Below are positions 12,392 through 24,945 of a DNA stretch of 64,000 nucleotides, piece after piece. Numbering within the stretch: position 1 is the stretch's first letter; each line of letters opens with the position of its first letter. The position numbers and the translations under genes are program-made. Where the stretch lies: the NCBI GenBank assembly GCA_965655095.1, contig OZ296652.1, forward strand, positions 10,912,001-10,976,000, read 5' to 3'. The DNA comes from Haplodiscus bocki. Its lineage: Eukaryota. The notes beneath the pieces are model-generated. The model saw only the letters and a program-made list of their open reading frames with translations, was not told where the DNA came from and did not search any database.

Positions 12392-12724
12392 CTAACTTTG
12401 CTGGTTGAGAATGATTGACTCAAATCGAGAATCATTCAATAGTCCTGAATCCTCGTTCGCTCTCAGCGGCACCAAGACGTCTCGTGGGGCGATGTTGTTC
12501 CCCAGCAAGCTGAAGATTATTCTTTTCCAGTTCAGTTGGGTCAACTTTGTGGAATGTTGGCCGTTGATTACCATATCTTGCCTGCCTGTATCCGACATTT
12601 CGCCAAATTCGTCGAAACGCTTCTTCGTCAAAGCCAGATGGGCTTTTCTGGCAAACATCCGCAACCTCAGCTCTCGCGCTTCGTGCAGTATCATTGTTGA
12701 GAAGTTTTCATTGTTTTGAGCCAT
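12392..12724 (-). CDS. Hypothetical 110-aa ORF, probable Polinton accessory gene
   Basis: ATG-initiated intact ORF at the left edge of the Polinton; no recognisable motif. Confidence 0.4.
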   Translation of the reverse strand: MAQNNENFSTMILHEARELRLRMFARKAHLALTKKRFDEFGEMSDTGRQDMVINGQHSTKLTQLNWKRIIFSLLGNNIAPRDVLVPLRANEDSGLLNDSRFESIILNQQS

Positions 12725-12954
12725 GGCGATTATGAACCAGAAATTTTAAAAAATTATGGGAAGAAATTAGATGTCTATTTGATGCCTAAGCTAGTTTGAG
12801 AATTACTTGTTGAGTTTTCCCTTCGATTCCCTTTCGATAACTCCCTGCTGTTAGATAAAACTTATCGCCGGCTGACCACCGACTTTTACTGTCATACCAT
12901 GGATGTTTTGAAGGTAAGACTATTGATGTTGGGGAAAAGTTCCATTGTATTGAT

Positions 12955-13450
12955 AGCTATCCAATTAATTAGTGCCTTCTTGTGTGAAAAGTGTCGGTAA
13001 TAAATTTGGTCTCTCGCTTTTTTGGGACATTGCCCTGATGAGTAGAGGTCCTTTGGCTTGACGGGCTAGTCATTAGGTAAATGATAACATAAAACCTTAC
13101 TCAATTCAATTGGTCCCAAACTTTCAATACTTACTGTATCTTCAAGTCCAAACTTGGAGAGTATTTTAGACATCTCAACTATCGAAGAATTTTGTTGGCA
13201 TGGAAACGCAGATAAAATGATAAGTCCATCTACGTTGCTTTCATGTTTCCACCCCTGGTGAAAATGGTTTAGAAATGTTTCCATCCCAACTGGTACTGTT
13301 TTCAGCAACAATATCAGCTGTTCGATAATCTCCTTTTTGGTTGGCATGTTAGATCTTTCCAAAAAATGCCGCTCTTTAACGATTATTTAAGGATTCGACA
13401 CAAAACGACAACTTTATAAACAAGTCCGACTGATCCACGAAAAAACCCGA
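12955..13450 (-). pseudogene. Polinton accessory gene, possible DEDD-type exonuclease-like protein
   Basis: Remnants IIVKERHF, FLNHFHQGWKHE and C-terminal CPK...RHFSHKKALINW resemble the exonuclease-like ORF of invertebrate Polintons; divergent from pPolB. Confidence 0.4.
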
Positions 13451-13588
13451 TCCCTTGCAACTTCGAATCTGAGCACTGTCATCAAATGTTTACGCGTTTC
13501 AACAATCTTTTCAGATATTTGCGCCCATTTCAGAAGTTTTCCAACTTCCAATGTAAAGTTTAAGCTCAGCTTTTAGTTCGCAATCATC

Positions 13589-16500
13589 ATGAATTATCAT
13601 AATGATTTTTTTCATCTGGAGTTGGAAACTGAAGACGTCCACGGCGCTCCATTTAGAACTCCGGTATTTTTACTTCATGAAAGCGCTGTTATGAATTCTT
13701 TTTTCCAAGTTTTTCGCATAGCCATCGCAGAAGATCTTGTTGATCCTTTCGCCTTTTTGCTGGATAAAAAGGATCATCTGAAAACTTAGGTGAAAAAATT
13801 CAGATGTAGGGACATTCGAGAGAGGGTTTATGCCTCCAAGTGCAATTGATGAAACCCGTCGATCAACAAAGTGTTACTCGGTAATTCAATTCTAGCCTAT
13901 TGCGTGTTTTTGGCATATTTGATGATGATTGGTTTGAAACTATTGAGCCAGTAGTTTTCCAAATCAATATTTTTTGCGCAAGTGGATCTGGATAGGTAGT
14001 GCAGAAGCTGATTAATGTTGACTTGAAAATTGGCGAAGGCAGAGCCGTCTCATATATTCCAACACCTCCGAAGGTGGAGAATTTGAAAAAATTTTTTACT
14101 GAATATCAAAAACGTTTACGATGACTTTTGTTTCATCTACTGTGTTGCTGCAGCCTTGTTCACTCACAGTGACACATAATCGATGCCGTGCAAGTAATTA
14201 CTCGAGCCGTCTGCCTGAACTTATATTCCATCCGGACAACATGCCTATGAAAATCGAGCACATTCCTGAATTTTAGCAGGATATTAATCTCCCTCACAGT
14301 GCTCCACTACCGAGAAGATGGCGTTCTCACAACATGCTATTGGAGGAAGAGGAAAATGTTCGGAAGAAGATCAACCTTGTGCTGTTGACTAACGCAGAAA
14401 CGTCTCACTATTGTCTCGTCACCAACATTCAGATTTTCATGCACAAAATGTGTACTTCCTATTAGAGGAGCATGAAGGAAAATAGAACGAAAGTTTGTGC
14501 GAACTGCAAGCAGTCCGTGTTGAGGAAAATTTCAACGATCACAACAGATCTTCTTCCGAGAATACACCTTTGCAAATTGAAATGCCCTCTCCGGAAACGA
14601 AATTATTTTTCTGCAATTGGCAGAAAACAGCGTTGAATCTTTACTGTGTACGCTGATTTGGAAGCACTGCTAGTCCCCGAGCAAAAAAAGCATAGGTTGG
14701 TCGACAATCGTTTACGAGAATCAGTTTGCAGCCAGTTTTGGTGCAATACTTGTTGGCTCCCGATCAAATAGTGTTGTCAAGAGTCTATCGTGGGGAGAAC
14801 AGTGTCAACAAACTGTTTGGTTGCCTCAGAAGATGGTTGAAATTTTATGATGGAGAAAATCAAAATTATCGTGATATGAAGAAAGTCTTGGGCACAAAAA
14901 AACGGGAGCAGCTTCTACGGTCCAGTGCGAAGAAATGTTGTGTATGCAAGAGCGAAATTGAAAGTGATGCGGTCATCCATTAAAATCAAGCCACAAGCGA
15001 GGTGTATGGACTCGCTCACTCGAAATGTAAATTAAAATCAAGAACCGTTAAATACTTGTCCGTTTTCCTCCACAACCTGGCTACGTATGATGCCTTTACA
15101 TCCTGAAATACCTTCACTTACGACCCAACGAAATCTTTTCAGCAATAGCACGTACCAGAGAAATTTTTATATCTTTCAGTGAAAAAATTCAAACATCGGA
15201 GTACACTACAAAACAAGGCGTCAAAAAGCCTATCTACAGTGAAATACGATTGTTGGACAATTTCCAGTTCATGTCCAAAGGACTGGATGGCCTAGCTAAA
15301 ACGATGGAATTGGGTGTCTAAAGCATTTACGATCAAATTTCAGCTATTTGGAGGACGAAAATTTTTCAAAACTTAGGGGTAAATCAGCCTTTCTTTTTTG
15401 TTATCTTGATAGTCTAACAAAATTTTCCGCCTCATTTCTTTCTTTTGGAAACGATTGGAAAAATAGTATCTCGGGTGGAATAGATGTCGATGCAAAAGAC
15501 TACGAAAGAGCGATTGAAATTTACCATCTTTTCCCCTGTACAACTTTCGAAAAGTACATGATATTTACCTGACTCCTGATGTCTACCTCGTAGCTGTTAT
15601 TTTTGAGAAGTTTCGAAATGTTTGTATGTCAATCTACAAACTTGATCCTAATCATTTTTTCTCTGGTCCCAATCTAAGTTGGGAGGCGATGTTGATCACA
15701 CCGAAAGTCGAAATCGAGTTATGTCCGGACATCGATATGCTTCTGTTCTGTGAAAATGCTATTCGCGGTGGCCTCAATGGAATAGGCGCGCTTTGGACCT
15801 TCAGCGCAAACAACAAGTATATGCAAAACTATACAGCAAAACGAGAGTCAGTGTTTGAGGCTTTCTTCGAAGTAACATCTTTGTTTGTGGGAACTACGGA
15901 GCAACCGCTTCCTCCGGGCGATTACCTTTGGAGATCTGAACTCACCCTAAATGATATTTTTTCTGCTGACCCTTTCGGTGATATTGGATCAATAGTTGAA
16001 ATAGACTTACATTATCATTCTTATCTCCATTCTCCGCACAACGATCTACCCCTCGCGCCCCAAAAACGTCAAATTATTCAGGATTGGCTGTCATCCTATG
16101 CGTTGTCTTTTGGCCTAAAACCTTCTAGTACCGCTGAACTAGTGGAAACTATTCGACAAACTGAACTATGTTTGCCATTTCCGAAATTTACAGTTTTTTG
16201 TTCAGAAAGGTTGACAGAAAAAAGCTCTCCAAAAAGTGTTACAATTCAAACAAAGCAGTTAGCTAGGAAAATAGATTTTTAAAAGCACTTCAACGAGGAA
16301 GGGCGCAACCTCAGGTTTCGAGAAAAACTAAAAATTAAAGTCCAATGCGTGTTTCGGGAAAACTATGGAGAGTCTCAGGAATCGACGCGTCATCTAGTTC
16401 GTTGTGAATGAGATGCAGGCCAAAAAGTCACCTTCAAACCCAACTTCAAGTCATTCAACATCATCAATCAAGATCTAGTATCCGTGCACCTCACAAATAC

Positions 16501-17100
16501 TTCCATTGTATGGAACAAACTTACGCCAGCTGGAGCTTCAATTTTGGATTCGTCAAAGCTCGTTTTATATAAATTCTACTACTGTGAAGTGAAACCCAGA
16601 TTTGGGGATTCTATGACTGTTGTTCAAAAGACACCAACTCACTACTGTATCGTATAGAAACCGATGAATTGTATGTCGATAAGAAAAACTTTGCTCATCT
16701 ACTGGACGTGTCTAAATACCCAAAGAATCACAAAAATTTTGACCCGACAAGTAAAAAAAGTTCCTTTGACAATGAAAGATGAGCTTAATGGCTTTATACT
16801 GGAAGTTGTTTGCCTCAGAACGAAGTTTTATAGTTTCAAGTTCAGTGGTGGGGTCAAGCAGTGTGCCAAAGGTGTTCAGCGCTCGGTGAAAAAGATTTTG
16901 AACCATGATTAGTTCCAACATGTTTTACACTCTCGCACTAGCATTCACAAGCAACTGACCCAGATGAGATCGTTGAATCATCAACTTTTTGCCGCTCAAG
17001 TGAAGAAGGTTGCTCTCAGTGCCTTTGATGACAAACAATTTTTACTCGACTGTGGGATAAAGTCTTTGGCGTTTGATCATTCGAGCCTCCAGCAAAAATG
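13589..17100 (+). pseudogene. Polinton pPolB with N-terminal vOTU-like and Endonuclease VII-like domains
   Basis: ASGSG*VV; DDFCFIYCVAAAL and SHYCLV (vOTU Cys/His); CCVC...HSKC (EndoVII-like); VFLHNLATYDA; LLDNFQFMSKGLDGL; LDPNHFFSGPNLSWEAML; AIRGG; FEVTSLF (decayed motif A); HNDLPLAP; KLKSNACFGKTME (motif B); KDTNSLLY (decayed motif C); MKDEL; AKGV; KVALSAFDDK. Confidence 0.93.
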
Positions 17101-17362
17101 TAATCACTTTCCCTTGCTGTTTCACCTGTTCCGTCTTGTTTAGTAACTGAAAGGCGGACAAAAGACTGTATTTAGCCTCTATTTAATCCCTTAGCCGTTT
17201 TATTTCTTTAGTTTTTCTGCCTGATATCAAGATTTTTTCAATTAACCCAACATTTTGTCACAAAACTAGCGTGCTTTCGGAAAATGAGGACGCCGACGAG
17301 AATCAAACGCTTGACGAGTATGCAGACTAACTTTTTAGCGATGATCGCAGCCTAGACTGTCC

Positions 17363-17695
17363 GTGTTCGTCAACATCGGGTGTTTCGATGCACTCAAAAT
17401 ATACAATGGACAATTACGGTTGATTTTTTTACTTCTGCATCCAAGAATCTGGTTTGGAAAAGTTTCAAATGATAATGACTCTATTGAATTTTTTTCAGCT
17501 TCAACTGAACTCGGTTTTATTCCTCGCTCTGAGGACAACACTGCGGACATGGACACATCAGAACATTGCGATTTCTATAAACTAACAGATTTTTATGAGG
17601 GTAGTGGAGATGAACAGCAGCGTCAAAACACAAACGTCAATTGTCTCTTTATTGACTTTGAAGCAATTGAAGAATCCACTACTTCTACGCGTTAA
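17363..17695 (+). CDS. Acidic hypothetical ORF between pPolB and the protease
   Basis: Open frame with acidic C-terminus ending FIDFEAIEES; start uncertain. Confidence 0.35.
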   Translation: MFVNIGCFDALKIYNGQLRLIFLLLHPRIWFGKVSNDNDSIEFFSASTELGFIPRSEDNTADMDTSEHCDFYKLTDFYEGSGDEQQRQNTNVNCLFIDFEAIEESTTSTR

Positions 17696-17774
17696 TATTA
17701 CAGCACTGGAGATTAACTAATGCTATTTCTGTGGCTCGAAAAGTTTCGAAATAATAGATTTTTTGAATTAACAG

Positions 17775-18412
17775 CTAGTTTATTTTATACAAAAGGTTAG
17801 TATTGCAGTGCTCATTGCAAAATAAAACCAAATTTATGTCCTGTAAAATCTTTAGTGGTGGAAAAACAGAAAAAAGGAAGCAATCCAAGTCGCAGTAACG
17901 TACTGATTTTTGTTCAATTTTCTGAACCCAATATTGCCCCTTGTAGAGGCAATAGGGACCACAACTGTTCGAATGTGGAGACTGGATTGGTAATCTAACG
18001 TTGCGAATTATTTCAATTTCTGTTTTTTCCGATAATTTCATCAAGTGATCAAAGAATAAATGATAGCGTTCTACGGACTGGCCCAACGGATCCCAAACAC
18101 AAAAAAAGAACACCTTGCCTCTCGACAGTTGCTCTGTTGTTGTTGTTGTTGTTGCTGGTGATCAAATAAAAGAAGCCAATGTACTCCAGCAGGTCCAGCA
18201 CTCGAGGTGTTTACAATATAAAAAGTTTGAACATGTAGAATTGAATCATGTTCGCTTTTTTCTTGTTTGTTTTGCTGCTTCGTGAAAGTTTGTCGATGTG
18301 GTGGCAAGGAGAAAAGCAATGCAAAATTTTCGGCTGACCATACTCCGCCATACTTTGCCCTCGAAGAAGCACAACACGTTTGGGCTACTTCAGCTGAGCA
18401 TATGTTATTCAT
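17775..18412 (-). pseudogene. Adenain-type cysteine protease (Polinton PRO)
   Basis: YGGVWSAENF, IVNTS, GVHWLLL (His), WDPLG (Asp), IQSPHSNSCGPYCLY (Gln, Cys); frameshift near 18110. Confidence 0.88.
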
Positions 18413-19775
18413 TGATCAGACTGTTTTTGGAAATGTTGCGCGTGGCGTCAATAAAGATTTGGCTGAAGCATTCACCAACTAAAAGGAATTCTACGGGATG
18501 AGTCAGGGCTTCTGTAAAACTCAACTTCAATGTATTACCGGCTCCTGTAAGCTCTGGAAATAAAGTGAGGGCTTTAACGGCCTCCCTTGACGAAATCAAA
18601 TCGAATACTAGAAAGTAGAGTTTTTCTTGATAATCACTCATTCATATACCGTTGCTACCTTTTATGAAACCAAGAGCACAATTTGTGTTGTAAAGCAAAC
18701 GAGTGTTGTTGGTCGTGTCAATTGGTGTTCCGGCAATTGGAACGCTATTGCCCCGCTGAATTTCAGTTTTACTCAATTGGAACATCTGGTAATGGAAAGG
18801 CGTGCATTCAATTGTTGATCCGCGAAAAAACTTGTTTCTTACCGTCCAAAGAGTTAATCTACGCACAGGTTCGATGCCGAAAATATTTTCCTTGAAAAAA
18901 CTGTTTTGTCCAGCCTGAATGACAAACTTTTTAGACTTTCAAGATATAGGCAAACCGCTGGGCTTTTTGTCAAGGCTCTTTCAATGCTGACTTTGACTGG
19001 TGACAGCATACTTTGCTGACAAACGAAAAGGCTCTTTCAATTACTACTGCATACGGTGTCTGGTTAACTCGTTTGATGTCTGCTGCTTCCCACGTTCCCA
19101 CCCTCCTGACTGCGCAGTTGTTTGGTGATCAATAAAAGCTCAAATGGAGTGTAACACCCGGCAACAAAAGCCGTTTGCAGTCCAAAAGGTCTACGTGTGG
19201 TGCTCCATAAAATTCAAGATTGAATTGTTCGCCCTTTCTGAAATCGCTCAGCTCCTTCTGTTTTGTTTCTGCATATGCCTTGTCATTCGGTTTACGCCTG
19301 TAACCTTGACAGGGGACCCACGTTAGTTTACTGGCAATGTCTGTTGTCAGTTCGGTTTCAATAAATGTTGAGTGATGATAGTTGTTGTTGCTGCTAGAAA
19401 TCAATTTCCCATTCAGGAACATCTCTACGTGTGAAAACAAAAATGTAACGTCTCGTTTGCAAATGTCAGCTCTACATCTGCTGGTTTGACTTTTTCTGTG
19501 CCATCAGGTTGGTATAGGCACACTTCTAGAGATAGGCAAATTCGGTTCAAATCAATACTGTCCTTGTTTTCTGTGGTCACAAAAAAACCCAACGTGTCCG
19601 CGGCAACCCACATGGGGAAAAACTTCTCGATCAAAAAGCCTTCGGAATTGAACAAAACACTTAGTTTCTCGAAAAAATCAAGCGCACTATGTGTCATCGG
19701 ACTGGCAATCTCTGTTGATCGACTGAATAAAGCTGGTGCATTGTTATTGTTGTTGTTGTTGCTACTCGTTGCCAC
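18405..19775 (-). pseudogene. Polinton major capsid protein (double jelly-roll, PY)
   Basis: HSALDFFEK, FSHVEMFLNGKLISSSNNNY, PHVDLLDCKRLLLPGV, KENIFG, PFHYQ, FLVFDL, LKLSFTEAL...IFIDATRNI; several frameshifts. Confidence 0.88.
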
Positions 19776-20018
19776 GGTGCCAACTCCGGTTAGTCCTTCT
19801 TATTTTTATTACACCATCCACTAAAGTTTATTTTGGATAATGTATCAGACCGACTTCTCCTGGCGGAAATCTTTTTCAGAATGACTTTTTTGCGGCAGAA
19901 CGGTGGTGGTGGGGCACGACAACATAGACTAGTGAAGATTTCACACTCGTTTAACGTTTTCTAGCCGGGGTGCCCACCCAGCCGGCCGCCCGCAGCGTTT
20001 CGCACGCTCGCCCGCCGC

Positions 20019-20370
20019 TCAGGTGGTACCGGCGACAACCACTCCGGCGCCCACCTCGGCGAGACAGCGCATCCAGGTAGCCTTGGCGTTGGTTTTGGTA
20101 GCTGAATTTTTCAAATTTTCTTGGACAGCTTTACGAGTTCTCTTCTTGCCAGAAACAATGTTCGCCGATTCGGGAACAAAGGAAGAGACCAAATATCTGC
20201 CAAACTCTTTGGTCGAGGGCAAAACATATTTTTTCATCAGAAGCATCGCCACTTGGCCCATTCGCATAGCAAGCGCACCCATTCCACCAGAGCAAAACTG
20301 TCGCGCTGGTCCGTGGAATGTTGATGGCTGTTGTTGCTGTCGAATTTGAAAATCATAATGAGCATCCATT
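20019..20370 (-). CDS. Small basic Gly-motif virion protein typical upstream of the Polinton MCP
   Basis: FHGPARQFCSGGMGALAMRMGQVAMLLMKKYV (QxGxG-like motif plus amphipathic helix), Lys/Arg-rich tail. Confidence 0.65.
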
Positions 20371-20549
20371 TGACAAATAGTAGTAGTAGTGGTAGTAGAT
20401 TCAGTAGCAGCAGCAGTAACCAGTAACACCTTTTTTGCGACTGTTTTGCTGATTAGCTTTGCGAAAGAATGATGATGATGCTGCTCTTGGTACTGACACG
20501 TTTTGGTTGGTGACGACAAAAATGGTGATGCAAGAGAGTGTTGTTTAGC

Positions 20550-21485
20550 CTAATGCTCTATGCATTGTCGGAAGTGTAAAGTAAGATTAGTCGGACCGCG
20601 ACTGAGAAACGGAACCATTTGACCAGTTTCGTTGCGAAGCGATACTGAAATAGACTCTATGCCAGACTTTACAATGCGGCGCCATTGGAAGTTGTTAAAT
20701 GTCCGATAATTCTGTTGTTGCTGGTTCCCACTAGTTGATCGTTCTGTCAGTAGAATGACTATCAGCAAGGCAGTATGCCTATCTCCCAAGATTTCATTTT
20801 GCACCAAATCGCAAATCAGAGAAACTGTGTTCCAACCACCACTGAGGTCTGTTGGAAACTTTCGCACGGTCTTTGATATAACCCGCCTATTGTTGCCCTG
20901 TTTTGTTGATTTGTCGTTTTCAGAGCAGTCAATGTATATTTTCATGCCGAAAACGTTCTGCAAGTCTTGGGATATGGTTTTCAAAAACATAAATTCTTGC
21001 TTGTTGCCTTCATAGTAAACTTTCAGAGCTTCTGATGGGGCATCCAATTTCCACGAGAGGGGAAACTTGTCGCCCACGGTTCCTACGAAAATTTTCTTGC
21101 AAATCGAATGATAAATTCGATCAACGCTAAGATAGACACCGGGTTTGATATTTGTAAAATTATCGACAAACGTCTCCTAAACAGATCGTATTGGTGGCTG
21201 GTACAATCTAATCAATCCGTAGGGCCTTTCGCTTAGATGTTTTTTCGATTTTCCGAGCTATCGCCACCGCCATAACTTTTAATTCTTCCGCTGCGAGAGG
21301 ATACTTGAACTGGCCATATGTTATGTTTTCAATTGCGGCGGGCCAGGCGTTTTGGGCCACTGCCACTTCCCAAAAACCAGATAGGTTAAGTTGTTGAGGT
21401 AAAAGAGTTGTGAACTGGGACAATGTGTTTTCGCAAAATGTGGTCATAGATGCGTTGGATACCAAATTTATAGGGAATTCCCTAA
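20550..21485 (-). pseudogene. Polinton minor capsid protein (penton, PX)
   Basis: EFPINLVSNASM...NTLSQFTTLLPQQLNLSGFWEVAV; IKPGVY; CDLVQNEILGD...LL; ESISVSLRNETGQMVPF...LTLHFR. Confidence 0.87.
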
Positions 21486-21489
21486 AATT

Positions 21490-22722
21490 CGAAACTAATT
21501 TGGAAGGGAGTCAATTCGGCTTAGTAAAATTTGCCCAGAATCAATTGATTGTTGGCGTCTTTCATGGTGTATGTGGTCGGGATCCGTGTTTGAACTGCGG
21601 CAATGGTGAACACCTCCTCGGTAAACTGAATTCGGTAACCCCGATGATTTGTTTCAAATTTTCGTTTTATTCTCACTTGCTGGCCCATTTCGTAATTGGG
21701 CTGGCGAATTGGATTGAAACACTGAAATGAAATCAAATAGAGAACATCATTTCTTCCAACGTCTTTTAGCGCTAACTTTGTGATCCGATTCACTCTGCAA
21801 TTTTTCACATATACCGATTGCTGCAAATTTTCAATATGCGTATGTGTGTTGTTTTCGAGCAGACATTTGAAATCTATTGCCCTCAAAGATCGGATGTTTT
21901 GTTCCGCAATCGCCGCTTTGGTTTCGCTATGTAATGAATACAGACCGATGTCATTTTCTTGGAAAAAATGAGAAAATTCGCCGGCGAACTCTCGAGCTTT
22001 ATCCCCCCAAATCTTTTCCGTTTTGGGAAGAGAATTTTACCTGGACCAACAAAACATTGGTTTTATCATCATCATCATTGTCTTTGAACTGACTCTTTTT
22101 GAAAGAATTGATTCCATGATTTTCCGCAACGCATCTTTACATTCTGCGCCAGTCTTTTTTTCAATGGTAACGCCCAAAAAAAGCGGCTCGGTTCGTCTGC
22201 GACAAAAATGAAATTGATTCCTTGGTTGTATCGAGACAAATTTTGCATATCTGCCAAATCAATAGACCAAAATTCATTTAATCGAAAACTCTGAACCTTC
22301 AGTCTAGGAAAGCGGTTTCTGGTTTGTTCAAATTTAGTGTAAGTCTCGCTGCGATTTAGATAATTGTGGGCTCGTCGGTAACTGCAATTCGACGCTTTCT
22401 TGAGGGCATTCCTACCGGCAAACGCAGCCGGATTGTTGCAAGATGTATGCATTGTATGTGTTTTGCTGTAGGCTAAGGACTACGCTGTGGGATTGACAAT
22501 ATTTCCTGTAACCGGACATTTTGAACAGAAAAACTCTGCGGATTTTTTGTAATCATCGATGCGTTTAAGACCACTGCAGGTAATGTGTACCCAACCACAA
22601 ATGTTGCACCATATCGAAGGTTTCTTACGTGAACCTTTCCCCAAGACCTTGGCTCAATTGCCACACTGGTATTTTGGTTTGCGTTTGACTTTTGAGTTCC
22701 CACCAATTTTTCTGTGCTTCAT
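21490..22722 (-). pseudogene. Polinton retroviral-like integrase with in-frame N-terminal PHD finger
   Basis: ATG 22722; PHD at 22665-22516; NPAAFAG, YTKF...RFPRL, WSIDLADM (D), IWGDKAREF (D), KAAIAEQ (E), GQQVRI, RGY...FTEEVF, GKFY*AEL. In-frame stops and a frameshift near 22150. Confidence 0.9.
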
Positions 22723-22759
22723 TCTTGTATCCCCGAAACAAGCAACTGTTTAAGAAAGA

Positions 22760-23462
22760 TTGCCTTGTGGTAAATGAATTTCCAACAAGTATCTGATTCG
22801 CTCAGTGTAGTTGCAGCCAGTTCATTGGAGAGCAACTTCCAGTTTCCTCTTTGTCATTGCTGTCATACGTCGTCACTTCTGTTGCTACGCACTTTGCATA
22901 TGTGTTTGCGAGTAAAAAGTTTGGCAGTTTCAACCGTCTCACTAGACCTAGCGTTCCTTCGTTCAAGTTCTCTGTGGTTCATTGTAAGTCATTCAAAAAG
23001 TCAAAAACCGTCAGACCGAGATCTTGGTTAAGAAGCATCAGTCGACCGGAGTTACCATCGATCGATACGACACTGCATTTATCAAACTTCTGAAGGATTT
23101 GCCTTGCCCGCTCAACTTTGCGTCCAGAAACTCCCGCGGACATTAAATTGCGGACTATTTTATCAGTCTTCGCTATTGTTTTGGTTCGGTCGGCAAGCTT
23201 GTCATCGGCAGTTGCGTCTTTCGGACTTTGCGCTGTAAGTCGTGAATTCAAGTTTAATTGGATGCAAAGTTTCTTGTTGTCGGTCTCGGAATAATTTTTG
23301 TCTTGCGTAATAAATTGAGAGTTCCTGATGTTTTCTGATTTTGTGCCTGGTACCAATGTGTCCTTTGATTCCGAACCCAATTGTTTTTTCGTGGTTGAAT
23401 GAATTTCTGGAGGAAGGGAGAGACGTGAATTCGTGCAACGTTATCAACACAAACTTTTTCAT
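22760..23462 (-). pseudogene. Uncharacterised Polinton ORF between ATPase and integrase
   Basis: MKKFVLI start; ILQKFD...GRLMLLNQDLGLTVFDFLNDLQ; position typical of a Polinton core ORF; frameshifted. Confidence 0.55.
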
Positions 23463-23519
23463 GCTACTGTTTGATGTCGAGTCGTTTCCTCAAATGATTG
23501 AGAACAGAAGGCTCGATGA

Positions 23520-23801
23520 CCTTCACAAGCTTGATACCATTCATGGTTGGTAGAAGTTGACGTTTTCTCCTAATCCTACTTTTTTCCTCTACAAAAGGGT
23601 TTCATTATTGGATTGATGCTTCTTCAGTTTTTTCACCGATACGTTCGCAGTCATTCTATTTCCACCATGTACAACATTAAACAGACAGTTGCAGAAAAAT
23701 TTAATTAGCTCAGTGGGACAATGTAAAAAAGAAGACTCTTTCAAAATTGGTTTAACTTTACCGGAAAGCTCAAGAGTATAAAAGTCGCGTTGACTCATCA
23801 A
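23520..23801 (-). pseudogene. Small basic Polinton protein downstream of the ATPase
   Basis: LIKFFCNCLFNVVHG...KKLKKH matches the conserved LIxxxCEC(a)LNvlxG-type small Polinton ORF. Confidence 0.65.
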
Positions 23802-23849
23802 TCAAAATCTCTCTTGTTTGAGTTATAGAGATATAAAAAAACACTAGGT

Positions 23850-24510
23850 TGGGAGCTGCTACAATTTGAACAGGGTTTCAATTTTTGGTGTGTTTGTGGA
23901 TCCAGATCTATCAATAAATGACCAAAAGGTTTTCGCGTAGTTCATTTATGGGCCTCTGAAAGGAGTTTTCTGTCCCTCAGTTATCTACCTAACACTCCAA
24001 TTTGTTCGACATCTCGAGGACTTTTGAAAAGAATCATCTGCATTACGTTGAGATCAATCGTTTTCGTATTTTTGGGGCGGGTTGGTATAAATTATGTCTC
24101 AGAGTCATCAGATGTATCTTTCGATGCCTTCCAGCAACAACCAAGTTGAAAAACATTCCATTTCACAAGCATCCTGGTGCAGGTCGTCAATAACCACGAG
24201 TGTTTTTAGCTTCTCGGCTTCGCTCCTGTCCACTGTTGCTCATTGAAGTCGTTGATAAAACTCATTTGGTAGTTTTTCTTGCGTGCATCCCAACAAAAGC
24301 GATTCGTAATCAGATTGGAAATGCTTATGAAAGTACAGAATTTTCTCGAAGCAAGGTCTGGATTTGATCTTTTGATTCAGAATTATTTGAGAAACCAGTT
24401 TAGTTTTTATGCATCCACCAGGACGATTGATCGATTTGAAGCATTGTGGATCGGTACTTTTTGTTCCTGCTTTTGGACCAGGAATGATATATCTAATGCA
24501 AGCCGATAGT
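23850..24510 (-). pseudogene. A32/FtsK-like packaging ATPase
   Basis: Decayed Walker A (INRPGGCIKTKLV), FEKILYFH, Walker B KTLVVIDDL, AGRHRKIH...HNLYQ, LFKSPRDVEQIGVLGR, KPFGHLLIDLDP. Confidence 0.88.
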
Positions 24511-24945
24511 AACGTTGGGACACCGAATTGATAGTTAGTTTGAGAACTGAAAGTCAAGAAACCAATACTGATTGAAACCAAGACAAAAATGATTGAATAG
24601 TGCAATGTCAAAAAGAAAAACGCTCTGTTGCATGTAATCCTTTTGAGGCAGCATAAGTTAGCTTCGAAAGCGGATCTCCCTTCTGCTGATCAAAAATAAC
24701 GTTTTCAATGCTGATCGAAACAGGCAAACCGTCAGTGCTGACACGCGCTGTCATAATTGTTGATCTAGGCTGGACTGATAACCCGCCAAATATGATAAAA
24801 CACTGAGAATTCGGTGAAGCCGTTGAAGTTCAGTCAGATCCAATCTGATTCGATTTCGGTTGTATCGATTTTTCGAAGTGGGAAGTGTTGCCTGCTCTAA
24901 ACAGACCACAGTTGTTTTGGGATTCACTCGAACAGTGAGGTAGTG

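Noticed and set aside
24510-24611. Signal-peptide-like N-terminus on the ATPase ORF
   Set aside because: Non-ATG upstream extension of a frameshifted pseudogene; no support that it belongs to the ATPase.
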